Below are positions 19,512-29,805 of a DNA stretch of 64,000 bases, piece after piece. The notes under the pieces were generated by a model. It saw nothing but the letters and a program-made list of their open reading frames with translations, was not told the origin of the DNA and ran no database searches. Location: the NCBI GenBank assembly GCA_028825475.1, contig JAPKAB010000009.1, positions 16,638 to 80,637 of the forward strand, written 5' to 3'. The translations under genes were made by a program, and so were the position numbers. Each line of letters starts with the position of its first letter. Within the stretch, counting starts at the first letter, position 1. Source of the DNA: Ascidiaceihabitans sp. (lineage in GTDB: Bacteria; Pseudomonadota; Alphaproteobacteria; Rhodobacterales; Rhodobacteraceae).

Positions 19512-20198
19512 TTAGGACATCAAACGATAGCCGCCAGATTCCGTGACCAAGAGGCGAACATTAGAGGGATCAGGTTCGATCTTTTGGCGTAGGCGGTAAA
19601 TATGTGTCTCAAGCGTGTGAGTCGTAACACCAGCATTGTAGCCCCACACTTCATGCAACAAGATATCGCGCGGAACCACACCTTCTGTTGAGCGGTATAG
19701 AAACTTCAGGATGTTTGTTTCTTTCTCGGTCAGACGAATTTTACGTTCGTCTTCCGTGATTAACATCTTCATCGCAGGCTTAAACGTATATGGGCCAAGC
19801 GTGAAAATTGCATCTTCTGATTGCTCGTGCTGGCGCAATTGCGCACGCATACGTGCCAACAAAACTGGGAATTTGAACGGCTTGGTCACGTAATCATTCG
19901 CACCCGCATCCAGACCCAAGATTGTATCTGAATCGCCATCATGCCCAGTTAACATCAGAACAGGGCATTTTACGCCTTGTTTGCGCATCAAACGGCATAA
20001 TTCACGGCCATCTGTATCAGGCAGTCCAACGTCCAAAACGATCAAGTCGTACAGTTCGCTTTTGACCTTTTCCATAGCATCACTACCATTGCCCGCTTCA
20101 AAGACATCGAAATCTTCGGTCATCAATAACTGTTCGCCCAACGCTTCACGTAGGTCTTCGTCATCATCAACCAGTAGGATTCTTTTCATTTGTGCCAT
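19512..20198 (-). CDS. OmpR-family response regulator (CenR-like, orphan)
   Basis: Receiver domain (LLVDDD, phospho-Asp in LIVLDVGLPD, KPF) plus winged helix. The strings RLTEKETNILKFLY and TTHTLETHIYRLRQKIE are, as I recall, characteristic of alphaproteobacterial CenR. No histidine kinase is adjacent. Confidence 0.8.
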   Translation of the reverse strand: MAQMKRILLVDDDEDLREALGEQLLMTEDFDVFEAGNGSDAMEKVKSELYDLIVLDVGLPDTDGRELCRLMRKQGVKCPVLMLTGHDGDSDTILGLDAGANDYVTKPFKFPVLLARMRAQLRQHEQSEDAIFTLGPYTFKPAMKMLITEDERKIRLTEKETNILKFLYRSTEGVVPRDILLHEVWGYNAGVTTHTLETHIYRLRQKIEPDPSNVRLLVTESGGYRLMS

Positions 20199-20358
20199 CG
20201 ATACTTTTCCTTGTGTTGCATCTTAGATGGGCTTTCTCAGCCCAGACAGCAAGATTTTCCGCATTAGTCTCACGCCCTCGTGTGGGAACACGGGCAATTG
20301 TTTCAATTCAGATCACTTTGACATAGATATGCCCTGTGACACGAGAGAAAGTTGTAAC

Positions 20359-21447
20359 ATGGCGTTCGCCCCAACCATCATCGAGCGGTTAGCTCGCGCC
20401 CGCGCAGACCTGCGTATGGGCGTGCCTGTTGTGCTTTCTGGTGAAACCTCCGTTCTGGTTATGGCGACCGAAACGTTAAGCGCCGCACGCATGAGCGACC
20501 TACAAGCTTTGGGCGGTGAACCTGTTTTAGCCATCACTTCGCGCCGCGCTGAAACCTTAAAGGCGCGCGCCTATGACGGTGATTTGGCGCGAATCATATT
20601 GCCCCAGGATGCCACGCTCGCTTTGGTGCAATCCATAGCTGATCCCGCAGATGACCTGAACGCCCCGATGAAGGGTCCGTTTACGTCTGCCCGCACAGGT
20701 GACGCCGCGCCTCATCGCGCTGCCTTAGCGATCATAAAATCCGCCCGTTTGCTGCCAAGTGCCGTTGTTCTAATGCTGGACCACGCAGCGCAATTCGCGA
20801 CAACACACGGCCTAACAATTGTCCCACTAGACCTCGCACGGCAACATCTTGGGGCCACCAGTCCGCTGCATCCCGTGGTCCAGGCCCGCCTGCCGATGGA
20901 CGTGTCCGAAGCGGGTCGCCTCCATATCTATCGCCCCGAGGATGGTGGCGAAGAACATTACGCCATCGAAATTGGCCGCCCCGATCGCAGCGAACCGGTT
21001 CTGGCACGTCTTCACTCAGCCTGCTTCACAGGTGACCTGATGGGCAGCCTCAAGTGTGATTGTGGCCCACAGCTACGCGGCGCACTGGCACAAATGGGAG
21101 CGGAAAGTGCAGGCATTCTGCTTTACCTCAATCAAGAGGGGCGCGGCATTGGCCTAGCCAACAAGATGCGCGCCTATTCCCTACAGGATCAAGGTTTTGA
21201 CACGGTCGAGGCCAATCACCGTCTGGGTTTTGAAGACGACGAACGCGATTTCCGCCTTGGTGCGGATATCCTCAAATCGATGGGATTCAACTCGGTCAGA
21301 CTCCTGACCAACAATCCCAATAAAGTGGATATGATGAACGCAAGCGGTGTCACCGTGTCTGAACGCGTCCCACTGAAGGTGGGTGAGAACGCCCACAACA
21401 CCGCCTATCTAGCCACCAAAGCTGCAAAATCTGGACATCTCTTGTGA
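20359..21447 (+). CDS. ribA: GTP cyclohydrolase II (long alphaproteobacterial form)
   Basis: Zinc/GTP-binding region [33 protein letters not shown] and EDDERDF. Start taken at ATG 20359 (MAFAPT). Confidence 0.85.
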   Translation: MAFAPTIIERLARARADLRMGVPVVLSGETSVLVMATETLSAARMSDLQALGGEPVLAITSRRAETLKARAYDGDLARIILPQDATLALVQSIADPADDLNAPMKGPFTSARTGDAAPHRAALAIIKSARLLPSAVVLMLDHAAQFATTHGLTIVPLDLARQHLGATSPLHPVVQARLPMDVSEAGRLHIYRPEDGGEEHYAIEIGRPDRSEPVLARLHSACFTGDLMGSLKCDCGPQLRGALAQMGAESAGILLYLNQEGRGIGLANKMRAYSLQDQGFDTVEANHRLGFEDDERDFRLGADILKSMGFNSVRLLTNNPNKVDMMNASGVTVSERVPLKVGENAHNTAYLATKAAKSGHLL

Positions 21448-21938
21448 CCCCAAGTGACCTTGTTCTGACCCGTTATGGGGTCCGGTATTTGGGGCGCAGG
21501 TATCCCTGCACCACCGGCAAAGGTGGTATCAAATCAGACAAGCGCGAAGGCGACGGCGCAACACCGCGCGGCATTCACCGGATCGTTGGAATGCTATATC
21601 GCCCTGATCGAATTCCAAAACCAAACCATTGGGCGGCGCCCATAGGGCCTAACGATCTGTGGTCAGATGATACCAATGATGCGCACTATAATCACCATGT
21701 GAAACGGCCCTATGCGCACAGCCACGAAAAGCTGCGCAGGTCTGATCCACTATATGATCTGGTGATCTTAACCGATTGGAACTTGCCCCATGCCGAAGCT
21801 GGCAAAGGGTCCGCAATCTTTATCCACCAGTACAGACGGCCCGGATATCCAACAGAAGGGTGCATCGCGTTTCGGCGTGACCACCTGCACGCAATTGCAC
21901 GCAGTATCACGCCTGACACACGGCTGATCGTCAGATAG
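21444..21938 (+). CDS. L,D-transpeptidase (YkuD) family protein
   Basis: The catalytic His...Cys context GSAIFIHQ...[10 protein letters not shown]. The GTG start overlaps the ribA stop (GTGA). Confidence 0.7.
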   Translation: MTPSDLVLTRYGVRYLGRRYPCTTGKGGIKSDKREGDGATPRGIHRIVGMLYRPDRIPKPNHWAAPIGPNDLWSDDTNDAHYNHHVKRPYAHSHEKLRRSDPLYDLVILTDWNLPHAEAGKGSAIFIHQYRRPGYPTEGCIAFRRDHLHAIARSITPDTRLIVR

Positions 21939-21944
21939 CCATGC

Positions 21945-22598
21945 CTAGTTAGGCACACGATCCCCAAAGATCGCAGAGCCAACGCGGATATGTGTCGCGC
22001 CAAAGGAAATCGCCCACTCAAAATCACTACTCATACCCATGGATAGACCACTTAGCCCATTGCGCTTGGCCATCTTAGCCAGCAACGCAAAATGCAGGCT
22101 CGCCTCTTCCTCGACAGGGGGAATGCACATCAGCCCCTTCACAGGCAGATCAAGACTGGCACACTCAGCCACAAACGCATCCACCTCACGGGGCATCACG
22201 CCTGCTTTCTGGGGCTCTTCACCGGTGTTCACCTGAATAAACATATCAGGGCAATGCCCCATCTCTTGGGCCAGACGGGCAAAGGTCGTCGCCAACTTGG
22301 GGCGATCCAATGTGTGAATACTTTGAAATAACTCAAACGCTTGGCGCGCTTTGTTGGATTGGAGCGGGCCAATCAAATGAAGATCAACGCCAGCATAGGT
22401 TTCGCAAAAGTCAGGCCACTTGCCACCAGCTTCCTGCACCTTGTTTTCGCCGAAACAGCGATGGCCCTCTTCCAAAACAGAGGCGACACGCTCGTTCGGT
22501 TGGACCTTGCTGACAGCAATCAACTGCACAGACCCAGCATCGCGGCCTGCAGCCAGTTCAGCGGTTGCAATACGTTCAGAAATATCAGCCAATGCCAT
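21945..22598 (-). CDS. yggS: YggS-family pyridoxal-phosphate homeostasis protein
   Basis: LIAVSKVQP (PLP-lysine), FGENKVQE, HLIGPLQSNK and LSMGMSSDFE. Start is ATG 22598, with GGAG 6 nt upstream. Confidence 0.9.
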   Translation of the reverse strand: MALADISERIATAELAAGRDAGSVQLIAVSKVQPNERVASVLEEGHRCFGENKVQEAGGKWPDFCETYAGVDLHLIGPLQSNKARQAFELFQSIHTLDRPKLATTFARLAQEMGHCPDMFIQVNTGEEPQKAGVMPREVDAFVAECASLDLPVKGLMCIPPVEEEASLHFALLAKMAKRNGLSGLSMGMSSDFEWAISFGATHIRVGSAIFGDRVPN

Positions 22599-22770
22599 CG
22601 GAAACTCCAAATTTAACAATTGTGATTGTATAAATTGCTTCGCCGCATTTGGACCACCCTGAATCGTGGTCAAACAGATGATAAAGCAATGACACCAGAT
22701 TTAACGCAGAGTGGATGGATATCGATACACTCTAGAACCGGGAAGCACGCCAAACATTAAACTTAGCCAC

Positions 22771-22809
22771 CTCACAAAAGAAAAGAGCGCGCCCTATGGG
22801 CGCGCTCTT
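22771..22809 (-). terminator. rho-independent terminator of the porin gene
   Basis: 12-bp stem aagagcgcgccc / gggcgcgctctt, followed on the minus strand by TTTTCTTTTG. Confidence 0.85.
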
Positions 22810-22832
22810 CCTAAATCAAACTAATCCAAAGA

Positions 22833-23720
22833 TTAGAATGTCATTTTTGAACCGACGAAGAATGCGCCAGTTTCGTTAGTCGCTGCATTGATAGACATGC
22901 CGCCACCTAGGTCATAGGAAGCTGACAAGTCTTCGCTGCCTGCATCGTCTACAGCAACGTTTACTGCAAAGCCGTTAGCTGCGTAACCAAGAGCTAATGC
23001 CCATTGGTTAACCGCTACACCGTCTTTAAGAGTCAAGGCTGCAGTAATACCGTCGTTTGCGTAAGCAACTTTAACTGCTGTTTCTGCACCAGTATCGCCA
23101 CCGTTTGAGTCATAGTTTACAGACGCAGTTAGCATGTCGTTGACTACATATGCTAAAGTCGCGTCGTATTCGCCGCCGTCATCAGTAGCAGCAGTAGCTG
23201 TTACGCCGTCGGCTGAGTAAACTACTTTCAAGGAGAAATCTCCGCCGTCTGAAGTGGAACCACCTTCAACGTTAGCTGTTGCTGTTACAGCCAATGCACC
23301 GAATGTACCTGTGTACATCACGTCGTGTGAGAAGCTATCGTTGTGTGCATTATCAACGCCGTTCGCGTCGAATGTCAACTTACCGAAGTCGCCAGACACA
23401 TAGATGTTGCCCAAGCTAGTAGCCATGTGTTCATCTTCAAATTCATAAAGATAATCTTGGTTGTTATCAGCAAGATCGCCTACGTCCAAGTCAACGTCAT
23501 GGCCAGCGCGGAATGACAAAGACGCACCAAATGTTAGGCCACTGTCTGTTTCGCCAGACATCGCAGCAGTTACTGTTACGTTGTTGTACATCAACGTGAT
23601 AGAACCAGCATCGCCGTTGTTCAATACACCAACGTTAGCAGCACCAGAAAGTGATACGTCTGCAGCAGCAACGCCAGCTGTAGCAACCAAAGCTGTTGTA
23701 GCGATAAGAAGATTTTTCAT
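22833..23720 (-). CDS. outer-membrane porin (Rhodobacter-type general porin)
   Basis: Signal peptide MKNLLIATTALVATAGVAAA, alternating beta-strand pattern rich in G/D/N/T/A, and a C-terminal F. Followed by a strong terminator. Confidence 0.85.
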   Translation of the reverse strand: MKNLLIATTALVATAGVAAADVSLSGAANVGVLNNGDAGSITLMYNNVTVTAAMSGETDSGLTFGASLSFRAGHDVDLDVGDLADNNQDYLYEFEDEHMATSLGNIYVSGDFGKLTFDANGVDNAHNDSFSHDVMYTGTFGALAVTATANVEGGSTSDGGDFSLKVVYSADGVTATAATDDGGEYDATLAYVVNDMLTASVNYDSNGGDTGAETAVKVAYANDGITAALTLKDGVAVNQWALALGYAANGFAVNVAVDDAGSEDLSASYDLGGGMSINAATNETGAFFVGSKMTF

Positions 23721-23906
23721 GAGTTTTCCCTCGGGTTGAAAAAATTAGGCCCGAACCAGAGAATCTGGAATGGGTACAATCGTTGTTTCGCCTTTTCAGG
23801 GCCATCTTTGCAAGGCTTCCAAACATTGCCCCATCAATGTACCTTTGAATGATGCAGCTTTGCCACACCCTGCTTTTGCCAGAGCAACCAATCGGCTGGC
23901 GCACTA

Positions 23907-23920
23907 TATACTATAGTATA
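23907..23920. promoter_or_regulatory. perfect 14-bp palindrome TATACTATAGTATA in the porin / DUF3576 divergent region
   Basis: The sequence is its own reverse complement. It sits in an AT-rich stretch 62 nt upstream of ATG 23982 and 187 nt upstream of the porin start. Confidence 0.35.
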
Positions 23921-23981
23921 CTCATCAACTGACATTGATCTTGCCCAGCACCCAGCCCTTCGCTAGATTACCACCAAACCA

Positions 23982-24479
23982 ATGCGAGTGCAGGCAATGA
24001 ACACAGTAAAATCCATTAAGATCGCGACAGCTCTGGTCGCTGCTTTGGCAGTCAGTGGCTGTGGCGGTAAGAAATTTGGCCTTGGCAATATTTCGGTCGG
24101 CAAATCAGCCCAGGCGAATACGGTCGTGGAGGAAGAGCGCTCAACTATTTGGGACGCATTTCGCAAACAAGACAACGACAACAAAGTTGCGGTAAACAAA
24201 TACATCTGGGCGGCTGCGGTTGAAGTGCTCGACTTCTTGCCAATCCAAACTGTTGATCCATTCACTGGTGTAATTGTGACAGGATACGGCACACCGCCGA
24301 ATGGTGGCCGTTCTTACCGCGCAACAATCCTGATCAATGATCCCGCACTTGATGCACGTTCATTGAATGTCGCCTTGCAAACTCGTGGTGGCGCCGCGCC
24401 TGCAGCAACCACACGCGCGGTTGAAGATGCTATTCTATCGCGCGCGCGTCAGCTGCGCATCCAAGACGGCCGCTTCTAA
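23982..24479 (+). CDS. DUF3576-domain lipoprotein
   Basis: Lipobox ALAVSGCGG. Length and position immediately upstream of leuS are typical of alphaproteobacterial DUF3576 proteins. Start is ATG 23982 or 23997. Confidence 0.65.
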   Translation: MRVQAMNTVKSIKIATALVAALAVSGCGGKKFGLGNISVGKSAQANTVVEEERSTIWDAFRKQDNDNKVAVNKYIWAAAVEVLDFLPIQTVDPFTGVIVTGYGTPPNGGRSYRATILINDPALDARSLNVALQTRGGAAPAATTRAVEDAILSRARQLRIQDGRF

Positions 24480-24557
24480 GCGCACCAATACCCGAAACGA
24501 TTTTCACGCCGGGCCAATCGCTCGGCGTTTTCACATTCTACAGGACACGACATACAC

Positions 24558-27107
24558 ATGGCCGCATATACCCCCTCCGAGATCGAAGCCCGCTGGCAAG
24601 CAGCATGGGACAAAGAGGGCGTCTTTACCGCCGTCCGCGATGAAACCAAGCCAAAGTACTATGTACTAGAGATGTTTCCATACCCATCTGGACGCATCCA
24701 CATGGGTCACGTGCGCAACTACACCATGGGCGACGTAATCGCGCGGTATAAGATCAGCACCGGTCACAACGTCTTGCACCCAATGGGTTGGGATGCATTC
24801 GGCATGCCTGCGGAAAACGCTGCGATGGCAATTGGCGGTCACCCCAAAACATGGACCTACGACAATATCGCCGACATGCGTGGACAGATGAAGCCGCTGG
24901 GCCTGTCCATCGACTGGTCCCGCGAATTCGCAACTTGTGATCCAGAATACTATGGTCAGCAACAGGCCTTGTTCCTTGATTTCCTTGAGGCAGGTCTGAT
25001 CCACCGCAAGAACGCATCAGTCAACTGGGACCCAGAAGACATGACCGTTCTGGCCAACGAACAGGTTATCGACGGCAAAGGCTGGCGTTCTGGTGCAGAA
25101 GTCGAAAAACGCGACCTGACACAATGGTTCTTTAAGATCTCCGACTATGCGGACGAATTGAACGCGGCCCTCGAAGGTTTAAACAACTGGCCTGCCAAAG
25201 TACGTCTGATGCAGGAAAACTGGATCGGTGAATCCCGTGGTTTGCAGTTTGCATTCTCCACAACGGCGGATGCGCCCAAAGACCATGACCGGATCGAAGT
25301 CTACACAACCCGTCCCGACACATTGAACGGCGCGTCCTTTGTGGGCATCTCTCCTGATCACCCGTTGGCCAAGGCGCTAGAGGCCGACAATGCAGAGCTT
25401 GCCGCATTCTGCGCTGAGTGCCGCAAAGGTGGCACAACGGCTGCCGAAGTTGAAACCGCTGAAAAGATGGGCTTCAACACTGGCATCACTGTGCGCCACC
25501 CGTTCGACACGGATCACCACCTACCCGTCTACATCGCGAACTTTATCCTGATGGATTACGGCACAGGCGCGATCTTTGGCTGCCCTGCGCACGACGTACG
25601 TGATTTCGAATTCGCAACGAAATACGAACTGCCAATCATCTCGACCTTCCTTCCATCGGAAGACGCCGACCCAAAGGTAACTGAAGCCTACGTGCCAATG
25701 AAAACCGAAAAGGTTTTCTACAACGGCGGTTTCGCTGGCGAACAATGGCAGACCGGCGAACAAGCCATCGCAACAGCCATCGACTTTTGCGAATCCAAAG
25801 GCATTGGCCAAGGCGTCACAAAATATCGCCTGCGCGATTGGGGCCTATCCCGTCAACGCTATTGGGGTTGCCCAATCCCAGTTGTGCACTGCGATGATTG
25901 CGGCGTTGTACCTGAGAAGAAAGAAAACCTGCCAATCGAACTGCCGTTTGATGTCACCTTTGACATCCCAGGCAATCCGCTGGACCGCCACCCAACGTGG
26001 CGCAACACACCATGCCCGTCCTGTGGCAAGGCAGCACTGCGCGAAACGGACACGATGGACACCTTCGTGGACAGCTCATGGTACTTCGCACGTTTCACAT
26101 CACCACACGCAGACACCCCAACAGTAAAAGAAGACGCAGAATACTGGATGAACGTCGATCAATACATCGGCGGGATCGAACACGCGATCCTTCACCTACT
26201 ATACTCACGCTTCTTTGCACGGGCGATGCAGATCACTGGGCACTTGCCTGAAGGTGCGATTGAGCCATTCAACGCCTTGTTCACACAAGGCATGGTGACG
26301 CATGAGATCTATGAGACCAAAGACGAACGCGGTCGCCCTGTCTATCACTTGCCAGAAGATGTGAAAGACGGCAAATTGACGGATGGGACTGAGGTTCAAA
26401 TCACGCCTTCTGCTAAGATGTCCAAATCCAAAAAGAACGTGGTCGATCCACTTGGCATCATCGCTAACTACGGCGCAGACACCGCGCGTTGGTTTGTTCT
26501 GTCTGATTCCCCGCCTGAACGGGATGTAGAATGGACAGCGTCTGGCGCAGAAGCTGCTTACAAACACCTGAACCGTGTGCACAATATATCCACTCGCATC
26601 GCAGAGATGGACAAAGACAACAAAGGCACGGGCGATGACGATCTTCTGCGCGCCATGCACAAAGCGATCCACGACGTCACCGTGGGTGTTGAATCCTTTG
26701 GGTTCAACGCAGCGATTGCAAAACTTTATGGCTTCACAGCTGTTATGCAAAAAACCAAAGCAGGCTACGCGGCGCAACACGAAGCGATCAAAGTATTGGC
26801 GCAATTGATGGCACCAATGACGCCACACTTGGCTGAAGATATTTGGGCCAATCAAGGTGGCACAGGCCTCGCAACAACTGCTCCATGGCCAAAAGCGGAT
26901 GAGAAAATGTTGGTGGATGACAGCGTCACATTGCCAATCCAAATCAATGGCAAGCGGCGCGGTGAAATTACTGTTCCCGCCGACATGCCAAAGGATGAGG
27001 TTGAAAAACTGGCCTTGGCAACGCAAGCTGTACAAAAGGCGCTTGATGGCGGAACGCCAAAGAAAGTCATTGTTGTCCCGGGTCGGATTGTAAATGTCGT
27101 TGTTTAA
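24558..27107 (+). CDS. leuS: leucine--tRNA ligase
   Basis: 849 aa. HIGH motif [11 protein letters not shown] and KMSKS motif KMSKSKKN. Confidence 0.98.
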   Translation: MAAYTPSEIEARWQAAWDKEGVFTAVRDETKPKYYVLEMFPYPSGRIHMGHVRNYTMGDVIARYKISTGHNVLHPMGWDAFGMPAENAAMAIGGHPKTWTYDNIADMRGQMKPLGLSIDWSREFATCDPEYYGQQQALFLDFLEAGLIHRKNASVNWDPEDMTVLANEQVIDGKGWRSGAEVEKRDLTQWFFKISDYADELNAALEGLNNWPAKVRLMQENWIGESRGLQFAFSTTADAPKDHDRIEVYTTRPDTLNGASFVGISPDHPLAKALEADNAELAAFCAECRKGGTTAAEVETAEKMGFNTGITVRHPFDTDHHLPVYIANFILMDYGTGAIFGCPAHDVRDFEFATKYELPIISTFLPSEDADPKVTEAYVPMKTEKVFYNGGFAGEQWQTGEQAIATAIDFCESKGIGQGVTKYRLRDWGLSRQRYWGCPIPVVHCDDCGVVPEKKENLPIELPFDVTFDIPGNPLDRHPTWRNTPCPSCGKAALRETDTMDTFVDSSWYFARFTSPHADTPTVKEDAEYWMNVDQYIGGIEHAILHLLYSRFFARAMQITGHLPEGAIEPFNALFTQGMVTHEIYETKDERGRPVYHLPEDVKDGKLTDGTEVQITPSAKMSKSKKNVVDPLGIIANYGADTARWFVLSDSPPERDVEWTASGAEAAYKHLNRVHNISTRIAEMDKDNKGTGDDDLLRAMHKAIHDVTVGVESFGFNAAIAKLYGFTAVMQKTKAGYAAQHEAIKVLAQLMAPMTPHLAEDIWANQGGTGLATTAPWPKADEKMLVDDSVTLPIQINGKRRGEITVPADMPKDEVEKLALATQAVQKALDGGTPKKVIVVPGRIVNVVV

Positions 27108-27576
27108 ATACCTTTTGATACTGCCATTCTTGGCCCTGACGGCCTGCGGATTCACACCCGTTTACGGCACGAATGGCAGTGCAAGTGTCTTACTTAACAG
27201 CGTTTTGGTTCAAGAACCCAAGAATCGCGAAGGCTACTTACTAACCAAGCAAATTGAAAAACGCTTGGGCCGTGCCACTGATCCACGGTTTAACCTTGGA
27301 GTCACGGTAACTACGTCTGAGACAGCCTTAAATGTTGACTCAACTGGTAACATCAACCGCTACAATGTGCTGGGCCTCGTAGAATACACCCTACGTGACA
27401 CCCAAACTGGACAAATTGCGGCATCCGGCCGTGTTAACAGTTTCACGGGATACTCAGCATCGGGCACCACAGTCAGTGCCCAAGCGGCCAAAGAGGCCGC
27501 CCAAGAACGCCTGATGATCATCTTAGCTGATCTGCTGATTAGCAATCTTATCGCCACCTCTGAACTGCCTTCATGA
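27094..27576 (+). CDS. lptE: LPS-assembly lipoprotein LptE
   Basis: Lipobox FLALTACG, about 160 aa, in the conserved leuS-lptE-holA order. Confidence 0.8.
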   Translation: MSLFKYLLILPFLALTACGFTPVYGTNGSASVLLNSVLVQEPKNREGYLLTKQIEKRLGRATDPRFNLGVTVTTSETALNVDSTGNINRYNVLGLVEYTLRDTQTGQIAASGRVNSFTGYSASGTTVSAQAAKEAAQERLMIILADLLISNLIATSELPS

Positions 27577-28574
27577 AACTGACAGGCGCACAGGCCAACG
27601 GCTATTTCTCCAAACCGGACCCCAGCAAAGCTGGCCTATTGATTTATGGCACGGACGCCATGCGCGTCGCCTTAAAACGTCAGGATATTATTGCAGCCCT
27701 TGTTGGCCCCCAAGGCGAAGAAGAAATGCGGCTAACCCGCATTCCTGCCGGTGAATTGCGCAAAGACAAAGCCCTATTATTAGACGCCGTCAAAGCCATC
27801 GGTTTTTTTCCCGGCCCGCGCGTCGCCTTTGTGGAAGATGCCAATAGTTTCGTGGATGACACGATCATTGACGCGCTGAACCAATGGCAGGAAGGCGATG
27901 CACAAATCATCGTCACTGCGGGCAACCTCAAGAAAACGTCCAAAACATTAAAGGCATTTGAAGGCCATAAGAATGCTTTCGCTGCCGCAATCTTTGACAA
28001 CCCGCCAACCCGTCAAGAGATCGAAACCGCACTACGCGAAGCTGGATTACCAATGCCAACGGGCAATGTAATGGATGTTCTGAACGACCTCGCACAATCC
28101 TTGTCGCCGGGTGATTTCCGCCAGACTGTCGACAAGATCACCCTTTATAAACTCAGCGATTCATCGCCACTGTCTGAGGAAGACATTGCAGCATGTGCAC
28201 CCTCCTCAACCGAAGCGGATATCGATGACATCTTGATGGTCGTTGCCGATGCGCGCGCCGATCAGATCGGTCCGGTTTTGCGCAAGCTTCAAGCCCAAGG
28301 CGTTAATGCAGTGTCATTGTGCATCGGTGCGATGCGCCATTTCAGATCCCTACACCGCGTGGCATGTGACACCACAGGACGTCCAAATGTTTGGGGCCCA
28401 AACAAAGATCGCATCATCGGCCAAGCGCGCCGTTGGGGTCCTGCCAAATTAGAAACCGCTCTTACTGTTTTGACAGACACCGATCTAAAGCTGCGCAGCG
28501 CAGGCCAAAGCGCGCCCGCCATGGCATTGGTCGAGCGCGCGTTTATTCGTCTTGCGATGTTGGGCAGTCGGTAA
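27573..28574 (+). CDS. holA: DNA polymerase III subunit delta
   Basis: 333 aa in the conserved position after lptE, with holA-like N-terminal and helical C-terminal regions. ATGA overlap with lptE. Confidence 0.8.
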   Translation: MKLTGAQANGYFSKPDPSKAGLLIYGTDAMRVALKRQDIIAALVGPQGEEEMRLTRIPAGELRKDKALLLDAVKAIGFFPGPRVAFVEDANSFVDDTIIDALNQWQEGDAQIIVTAGNLKKTSKTLKAFEGHKNAFAAAIFDNPPTRQEIETALREAGLPMPTGNVMDVLNDLAQSLSPGDFRQTVDKITLYKLSDSSPLSEEDIAACAPSSTEADIDDILMVVADARADQIGPVLRKLQAQGVNAVSLCIGAMRHFRSLHRVACDTTGRPNVWGPNKDRIIGQARRWGPAKLETALTVLTDTDLKLRSAGQSAPAMALVERAFIRLAMLGSR

Positions 28575-28608
28575 TCCGCACCGACGTTTTACCGACACGA
28601 TACCGACG

Positions 28609-29805
28609 TTACTTTTCAGCTTCAGTAACACCCAAAAAGCGGATGGCCGAGATACCCGCCCAGCGGCCTGTTGCCAGACAACCATTCAGCAAATACCCCC
28701 CCGTTGGGGCCGCCCAATCCAGCATCTCGCCAGCGCAAAATACACCCGGTAAATCGCGGATCATCAAGCTCTCATCCAATGATTCCCAAGCAACGCCACC
28801 ACTGGTCGAAATCGCCTCATCCATCGGGTTCAAACCCGCAACAGGAACAGGCAGTGCTTTGATCAATTGTGCAAGCTTTCCAGCCTCTTCAGGCAATGGA
28901 CGACCAAGCTCCTGAAGCAATGCAATCTTAACCGGTGACATCCGCAACGCCTTGCGTAGGTGGTTCGAAAGGCTGGTTTTACCACGTGGTTTAAACAGTC
29001 GATGCGCAACATCTTCCAATTTCACATCTGGTAAAAGATCCATAGTTAGATCAGCACCTGCGCCCACGGCCTCAGACAGTGAATAGACGCCTCCACCCTC
29101 AATACCGCGGGTCGAAACAACTGCCTCACCGCGTGATGTCTCACCATTGACCGTCCAAGCGACCGTCTTGATCGGAGTCCCAAAATGTTTGGCCATATGC
29201 TCGGACCAGTTAACACGCAATCCAACGTTTACCGCGCCAAAAGGGACGACTGGAATATCTCTATCTGCCAACAACTTAGCCCATGCACCGTCAGACCCCA
29301 ACTTGGCCCAACTGGCACCACCCAACGCCAAAACAGTCACGTCTGTTTGAACCGTTTGGGGGCCATCTGGTGTATCAAACTCTAGCCCGCCACCGTTAAA
29401 ATCTTTGAATTTCCACCGTGCTAAACGGGTGACGCCCAACTCGTCCAAACGCGCAAACCATGCACGCAATAACGGTGATGCTTTCATCGCTTCAGGGAAC
29501 ACACGACGCGACGATCCAATAAAAATCGGTTGGTCCAAACTACGAACCCAGCCCTTAACTTTGGAGGAATCAAACATAGAAACCATCGGGCGCATTTCTT
29601 CTGAATGCGCGCCATAAGCCTCTAACAATGCTTCCAAACCTTCGTCTTTGGTGATGTTCAAGCCGGACTTGCCAGCCATCAAGAACTTGCGCCCAAGTGA
29701 CGGTTTCGCATCATACACAGTGACTGAAACGCCAGCTTTGGCCAACATTTCGGCAGCCATCAATCCGGCAGGCCCTCCGCCAATAACGGCTGCAGTTTTT
29801 GTCAT
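28609..29805 (-). CDS. NAD(P)/FAD-dependent flavoprotein, HI0933/BaiN-like (TIGR03862-type)
   Basis: Dinucleotide-binding N-terminus AVIGGGPAGLMAAE, GRKFLMAGKSGLNIT, and C-terminal FCAGEMLDWAAPTGGYLL. Confidence 0.8.
   Translation of the reverse strand: MTKTAAVIGGGPAGLMAAEMLAKAGVSVTVYDAKPSLGRKFLMAGKSGLNITKDEGLEALLEAYGAHSEEMRPMVSMFDSSKVKGWVRSLDQPIFIGSSRRVFPEAMKASPLLRAWFARLDELGVTRLARWKFKDFNGGGLEFDTPDGPQTVQTDVTVLALGGASWAKLGSDGAWAKLLADRDIPVVPFGAVNVGLRVNWSEHMAKHFGTPIKTVAWTVNGETSRGEAVVSTRGIEGGGVYSLSEAVGAGADLTMDLLPDVKLEDVAHRLFKPRGKTSLSNHLRKALRMSPVKIALLQELGRPLPEEAGKLAQLIKALPVPVAGLNPMDEAISTSGGVAWESLDESLMIRDLPGVFCAGEMLDWAAPTGGYLLNGCLATGRWAGISAIRFLGVTEAEK

Noticed and set aside
20199-20358. A possible FMN (RFN) riboswitch upstream of ribA.
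   Set aside because: None of the conserved RFN core strings or the multi-stem architecture is visible in the 160-nt leader. Only short 5-bp hairpins are present.
23897-23925. The 14-bp palindrome considered as a possible chromosome dimer-resolution (dif) site.
   Set aside because: It lacks the conserved XerC/XerD arms (GCGCATAA ... TTATGTTAAAT). A perfect palindrome is also unlike the asymmetric dif core.
26205-27155. 316-aa ORF on the minus strand opposite leuS. Similar long antisense ORFs lie at 52652-53311 (opposite the M17 peptidase), 17463-18047 (opposite xthA), 43810-44409 (opposite rnhB) and 43206-43709 (opposite ccrM).
   Set aside because: Each lies entirely within a confidently identified gene on the other strand. 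Their translations are low-complexity and Arg/Ser/Pro-rich with no recognisable motifs. They are typical shadow ORFs.
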